Origin: Methanothrix sp.
Lineage (GTDB): Archaea > Halobacteriota > Methanosarcinia > Methanotrichales > Methanotrichaceae
DNA: 64,000 nt
Reading direction: 5' to 3'
Assembly: GCA_963682135.1 (NCBI GenBank)
Contig: OY821645.1
Coordinates: forward strand, 1,696,001 to 1,760,000
Shown: positions 60,937-64,000 of the stretch, one piece after another
Layout of the letters: every line of letters begins with the position of its first letter
How positions within the stretch are numbered: the first letter of the stretch is position 1
Program-made: the position numbers and the translations under genes
The notes under the pieces: generated by a model
Databases searched by the model: none
Seen by the model: the letters and a program-made list of their open reading frames with translations, nothing else
What the model was told of the DNA's origin: nothing

Positions 60937-61647
60937 ATGTTGCGATTAACAGCCTACATTTCCGGCAGAGTTCAGAGGGTAGGTTACCGAGCTAAAATAG
61001 TTTCTCTTGCCCATAACCTCGGTCTGGTAGGCCTAGTCCAAAACCGTCCCGATGGTCAAGTATTGGTTATCGCTGAGGGTGAAAAAGAGGCTGTAGAGAA
61101 GTTTGCCGGATCCATCAGGATAGAAAATGCCCTGATCAATGTGGAAAAGGTCGATGCCAATTATACCCATGCATCCGGAGAGTTTTCCGTCTTCCGGAAA
61201 ATCACCGGCCCGGATGAGATTGGTGAGAGGTTGGATGAAGGGATAGAAATTTTAAAATGCATGATGGCCGGCATCAACAATCTTACAATTATCACTAAAT
61301 CCGGTTTTGATGGCCTTAACAGCAAGATGGATGGCATGAACTCCAAAATGGATGGCATGAACTCCAAAATGGATGGCATGAACTCCAAAATGGATGGCAT
61401 GAACTCCAAAATGGATGGCATGAACTCCAAAATGGATGACATGAACTCCAAAATGGATGGCATGAATTCCAAAATGGATGGAGTAAATTGCAGGATGGAC
61501 AAGATGCTTGACAAGCAGGATGATACCATCAGCGAGATTAAGGGATTAAGACGGGACCTGAAAGATCACATGGACCAGAGGTTTGAGTACATCGAGGGGG
61601 AGCTGACTGAGATCAAATCAGCCCTCCGAACTAAGGGCATAATCTGA
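60937..61647 (+). CDS. Acylphosphatase fused to a long heptad-repeat coiled coil
   Basis: ISGRVQRVGYR, GLVQNRPDGQV (catalytic R and N); C-terminal MDGMNSK repeats. Confidence 0.9.
   Translation: MLRLTAYISGRVQRVGYRAKIVSLAHNLGLVGLVQNRPDGQVLVIAEGEKEAVEKFAGSIRIENALINVEKVDANYTHASGEFSVFRKITGPDEIGERLDEGIEILKCMMAGINNLTIITKSGFDGLNSKMDGMNSKMDGMNSKMDGMNSKMDGMNSKMDGMNSKMDDMNSKMDGMNSKMDGVNCRMDKMLDKQDDTISEIKGLRRDLKDHMDQRFEYIEGELTEIKSALRTKGII
61306..61494 (+). repeat. 21-bp coding tandem repeat ATGGATGGCATGAACTCCAAA
   Basis: Five perfect units (61327-61431), two single-mismatch units and degenerate flanking units. Confidence 0.97.
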
Positions 61648-61666
61648 GTCGTTCTATTTTTGATGA

Positions 61667-61691
61667 ATACCCCGCAGCTTGCTGTGCGGGT
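61667..61691. repeat. REP-like / IS200-IS605-end-like palindrome between convergent genes
   Basis: ATACCCCGCAGCTTGCTGTGCGGGT imperfect hairpin. Confidence 0.45.
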
Positions 61692-61729
61692 GCGCCGCCG
61701 CAGTTTCACCTATAACCAGTGGCTAACGA

Positions 61730-64000
61730 CTATTTCTGTCCCGCATCCGTAAACGTGATGTCCTTCTGGGTCTGGAATGAGCCGGTGTACTTCTGATCGG
61801 CCTTGATCTTCTTGTAGAACTTGGCATACTTGGTTTGGATGTTCCAGGTTCCATCGAAGGCCTGGTCTGTCTTGAAGGCCAGTGTATTGTTGGCATAATT
61901 AGAGCTGCAAACGCTGGATGTCTCGCTCTTGTCCACATGGCTTAAATTGAACCTCTCTGTGACCGAGGCACCCATGCCTCCTTGGAAGTTGGGAGAGGCC
62001 ACAGTCTTATGGCCTTTGAGATTTCCTCCGGTAAAAACCAGATCCTTCTTCTCGGTGAAATTGTCCTGAGAACCGCTGCGATCAATGGTACGAAGCGTCT
62101 CCAGGCTGATGGAACCGTTGCCCATTATCTTCTCGTTGAACTGCATGGTCGACCCCGAGATGGTATCCTTGATGGTGACCTCGCCTCTGCCTTTTACGGA
62201 TGAGGACTCTATGAAGAGCATTCCGTTCCTTCCCGAGGGGGCGACGACCGTCCTCTCCGTGTTGGTGTTGACTGTACTCCAGTGGATCAAATACGGTCCG
62301 CCTTCTGAGCTGCCTGATTCACCCGCGATGTAAACCGAAAGAGGCATGTAGGTGCCCGGCCCCCTGCCGGGAATGGTGCCGCTCCAGTATCCATCTTCCA
62401 GGCTGCCCGATTCCAGGTTGAGAGCACAGTCATAGACCCTGTCCACGCTGAGCATATCCTGCCTGGTGAGGGGCAGCTCGGACAGGCCGTATTTCACCGA
62501 GGCGGACAATATTTTCTCTGGGCTTTGCAGATGCACAGTCACCTTGACCGGCTGATTAGCGGAAGGCGTTGACGGCTGGGCATTGACATCCAAAATGGTA
62601 ATGGCTCCGTGCTCCGAACCCTTTACTCCTGCAATGGACAGCTCGTAATTCTTTGACCCGGCCAGGCTATCTTTTCCTGCTGGTGCAAACTCCTCTCCTC
62701 TGGATTCGTTCTCGCTTTGCGGTCCACTTTCGCCTTGAGGCTCGCTTTGCCCCTCATCTAATCCCAGAAGCTTTTCCACATAGCGCAGCAGGTCGGAAAT
62801 CTTATCCAATACTACATTGTTTTGCCTGGTTGCCGAACGGTCCACATCATCCGCCATAGTACCCGAGACTTCACTTTGTGTCTCCTCCTGAGATGGTAAG
62901 TTGAAGGGTAAGCTGACATTACCGAAACTTATGTTGGCCGAAGCCATTCTTACGCCGGACGGCAGCGGTGCCTTATCTTCGGGAGCCTCCATTACTTGAC
63001 CGGGTGAGACGAGAAGTTTCAGGCTCAGGCTAAAAGTGCAGCGCACGGGCTTCTTGTCCTGGGTGAAGCCTTCTGCGATTATGGTATCATCAATAGCTTG
63101 ATTTATTGTCTTTTCTGCCGCGACCGTCATCTGCCGCTTGGATGAGAGATAATCGATATTGCCCAGAGGGCCAAGCTGTTTGCTAATTACGAATATGCTG
63201 TAGAGAGGCACAATGCCTGTGTTGGCTACGGTGCAGGTGAGAAGGGTCTTCTCTCCCGGGACTATGGCCGGCGGAGAAGAGCTGACGAATATCTTGAGTG
63301 AGGTAATAACGACAGACACCTTAACCGCAGATGCGTCCGATAAGATCAGGCCGCGGGAGTCTTTTCCACTAGCCTCAAATTGAATTGTGCAATTATCGGA
63401 GATCACCGTTTTGGAATCTATCACTCTGAACTCACCCGGCTGAAGGCTGCCCAAAGATGATAGCGTGGTGCCGTTCAAGGCTAAAATAACATTATCCAGG
63501 CGATCGTCACCGGAATTGGTTACCAGAACGCTGACCTCTGCCGACTCACCCGGGCAAACCTCGATCTCCGAGGGCATGAGTTTTATTGTGATGCCGGGCT
63601 GAGCAGACCTTAAAAGCACGCCTGCCGTGCTGACTGCCTCAAAACCGTTGCTGTCAAATCCCTTTGCAGTGACATTGATCCAGGTGGTGGAGTTCTTGGT
63701 ATAAATGGCCGCCATCTTTACACTTTGACCGGGGGCCAGTTCCTTGAGAATGCGCCTCTTTCCATCGCCTTCTAAGGTAATATTTTGCAGGGTCTCCTCT
63801 CCGTTGTTGCTCAAGATCCAGGCGACCTCAACAGGCTCTCCCGGATAGATTCCTACCAGAGAAGGATCGCTGCGTATCAATAGCGAGGAATTCAGTACCT
63901 GAAGGCCGAACCTCTCACTGGCATAGACCTCGTTGCCGGCAAGATCACGAGCGATCGCCGAAAACACATCCACTTGACTGTGTTGGGCCGTCATCTCCTT
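61730..64000 (-). CDS. Large extracellular multi-Ig/DUF11-like protein (probably 5' partial)
   Basis: Repeated V(T/A)NxGxxxLxN(I/V) Ig-like domains; no signal peptide at 63994 and the frame is open to the window edge. Confidence 0.8.
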   Translation of the reverse strand, partial: KEMTAQHSQVDVFSAIARDLAGNEVYASERFGLQVLNSSLLIRSDPSLVGIYPGEPVEVAWILSNNGEETLQNITLEGDGKRRILKELAPGQSVKMAAIYTKNSTTWINVTAKGFDSNGFEAVSTAGVLLRSAQPGITIKLMPSEIEVCPGESAEVSVLVTNSGDDRLDNVILALNGTTLSSLGSLQPGEFRVIDSKTVISDNCTIQFEASGKDSRGLILSDASAVKVSVVITSLKIFVSSSPPAIVPGEKTLLTCTVANTGIVPLYSIFVISKQLGPLGNIDYLSSKRQMTVAAEKTINQAIDDTIIAEGFTQDKKPVRCTFSLSLKLLVSPGQVMEAPEDKAPLPSGVRMASANISFGNVSLPFNLPSQEETQSEVSGTMADDVDRSATRQNNVVLDKISDLLRYVEKLLGLDEGQSEPQGESGPQSENESRGEEFAPAGKDSLAGSKNYELSIAGVKGSEHGAITILDVNAQPSTPSANQPVKVTVHLQSPEKILSASVKYGLSELPLTRQDMLSVDRVYDCALNLESGSLEDGYWSGTIPGRGPGTYMPLSVYIAGESGSSEGGPYLIHWSTVNTNTERTVVAPSGRNGMLFIESSSVKGRGEVTIKDTISGSTMQFNEKIMGNGSISLETLRTIDRSGSQDNFTEKKDLVFTGGNLKGHKTVASPNFQGGMGASVTERFNLSHVDKSETSSVCSSNYANNTLAFKTDQAFDGTWNIQTKYAKFYKKIKADQKYTGSFQTQKDITFTDAGQK

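Noticed and set aside
61161-61529. Antisense ORF with PSILEFM repeats
   Set aside because: Simply the reverse complement of the 21-bp repeat in the acylphosphatase gene.

Overview
Chromosomal window of a methanogenic archaeon, most likely Methanothrix/Methanosaeta-like. This assignment is inferred from a stand-alone mcrC, archaeal Cdc6, AglB, Nob1, ABCE1 and Methanosarcinales-type surface proteins. Core content: CBS protein, Rnl3-type RNA ligase and TIGR00300 operon; three tRNAs (Thr-CGT, Ile-GAT, Ser-GCT); orc1/cdc6 with an adjacent ORB-containing replication origin; a cbiTLFGHCDE cobalamin operon; apgM, mcrC, dph5, queD, aglB, pheST, an HDAC/AcuC homolog, ABCE1, nob1, gfcR-like, alaS, a DHH protein, pgk and pdxST; three large secreted/surface proteins. 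Accessory or unexplained elements: (i) a ~190-nt GC-rich structured intergenic element upstream of aglB whose motif order loosely recalls RNase P RNA; (ii) an integrase-free cassette (HsdR-N-like nuclease plus DUF433/DUF5615 toxin-antitoxin) bracketed by two allelic copies of the alaS 3' end; (iii) dinD with an internal 30-bp palindrome and an upstream fragment of a second dinD allele carrying a variant palindrome; (iv) a low-GC TelA/vWA-SBP/membrane operon; (v) an acylphosphatase with a 21-bp heptad tandem repeat; (vi) an AT-rich 1.3-kb region with repeats and hairpins before an RHH-like orphan. No CRISPR array, rRNA, integrase or intact transposase was seen. All family assignments are by motif recognition, not database search.
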